The notes under the pieces: model-generated
The model's input: the letters and a program-made list of their open reading frames with translations, nothing else
What the model was told of the DNA's origin: nothing
The model's database searches: none
From: an uncultured Ignavibacteriaceae bacterium
GTDB lineage: Bacteria > Bacteroidota > Ignavibacteria > Ch128b
DNA length: 64,000 nt
Reading direction: 5' to 3'
Assembly: GCA_964527925.1 (NCBI GenBank)
Contig: CAZGQO010000001.1
Location: 397,742-461,741, forward strand
Shown: positions 63,771-64,000 of the stretch, piece after piece
Numbering within the stretch: position 1 is the first letter of the stretch
Layout of the letters: the number at the start of each line of letters is the position of its first letter
Program-made: the position numbers and the translations under genes

Positions 63771-64000
63771 TGAAAAGAAGAAAAAGAATTTCGGATACAA
63801 CTATCAGCTCTGAAGACTTTTTTATTCCATATGAGATTAAAAAATCTATTTTTGGATTCGTTTTATTAGTAGTTGGAATTCTTATTGGTCTATCCATTTT
63901 TACTTACCATCCTTCTGACTATACTTATATCCAAAATATTTCAATTAAAGATTTTTTCTTCCTTATTGATCCGAATTCTGATGTATCAGATCTGGCAAGG
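63770..64000 (+). CDS. partial CDS, membrane protein N-terminus (possibly DNA translocase FtsK); truncated by window end
   Basis: The ATG overlaps the comB stop (TAATG). The basic N-terminus MKRRKRISD is followed by a TM helix IFGFVLLVVGILIGLSIFTY, resembling the FtsK/SpoIIIE N-terminal region. The assignment is tentative. Confidence 0.3.
   Translation, partial: MKRRKRISDTTISSEDFFIPYEIKKSIFGFVLLVVGILIGLSIFTYHPSDYTYIQNISIKDFFFLIDPNSDVSDLAR

Overview
This is a low-GC (~33%) bacterial chromosomal window with Shine-Dalgarno-type RBSs and several proteins carrying type IX secretion (T9SS) C-terminal sorting domains, so it is probably from the Ignavibacteria/Chlorobi/Bacteroidota (FCB) lineage. 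Most of it is densely packed, largely housekeeping gene content: purK-purE, gatB, ansA, murI, glnD, a tryptophanase/tyrosine phenol-lyase, yicC-gmk-rpoZ-coaBC-UDG-dnaB, nfo, anmK-SDR-rsmA-PAP2, ubiE, rdgB-mtaD-CMD-uvrA, yigZ, lepA-lepB, rsgA, cysS, gcvT and comB. I found no rRNA or tRNA genes, no CRISPR array, and no IS element or integrase.

The notable content is cell-envelope related:
- A roughly 16.6 kb run of eleven co-directional minus-strand genes (35907-52520): a TPR protein, a DUF4292-like lipoprotein, an M23/EnvC-like peptidase, a Wzx-like flippase, three glycosyltransferases, a WecB/TagA transferase, a 1793-aa peptidase-C25 (gingipain/PorU-like) T9SS protein, a decayed small T9SS-CTD gene and a secreted outer-membrane protein. 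The run ends at a convergent terminator hairpin (35857-35890).
- A second minus-strand cluster (54621-58857): a β-barrel OMP, two paralogous lipoproteins with an extreme Tyr/Trp/Pro-rich block, a shared NDxTRLRNxDGGRS motif and Arg/Asn-rich disordered tails, and a FadL/PorV-like OMP, closed by a clear rho-independent terminator. I could not match the two lipoproteins to any family I know.
- Two likely pseudogenes: a DUF4258 toxin-like gene cut by an in-frame TAG next to an intact DUF2283 partner, and the small T9SS-CTD gene overlapping the stop of the giant C25 gene, which carries a homopolymer frameshift, a CAA-to-TAA nonsense codon and a scrambled CTD.
- A 107-aa 8-Cys gene (20443-20766) running antisense to its neighbours, a long bipartite hairpin just upstream of gcvT, and a secreted metallophosphoesterase/β-propeller fusion coupled to a HAD phosphatase.
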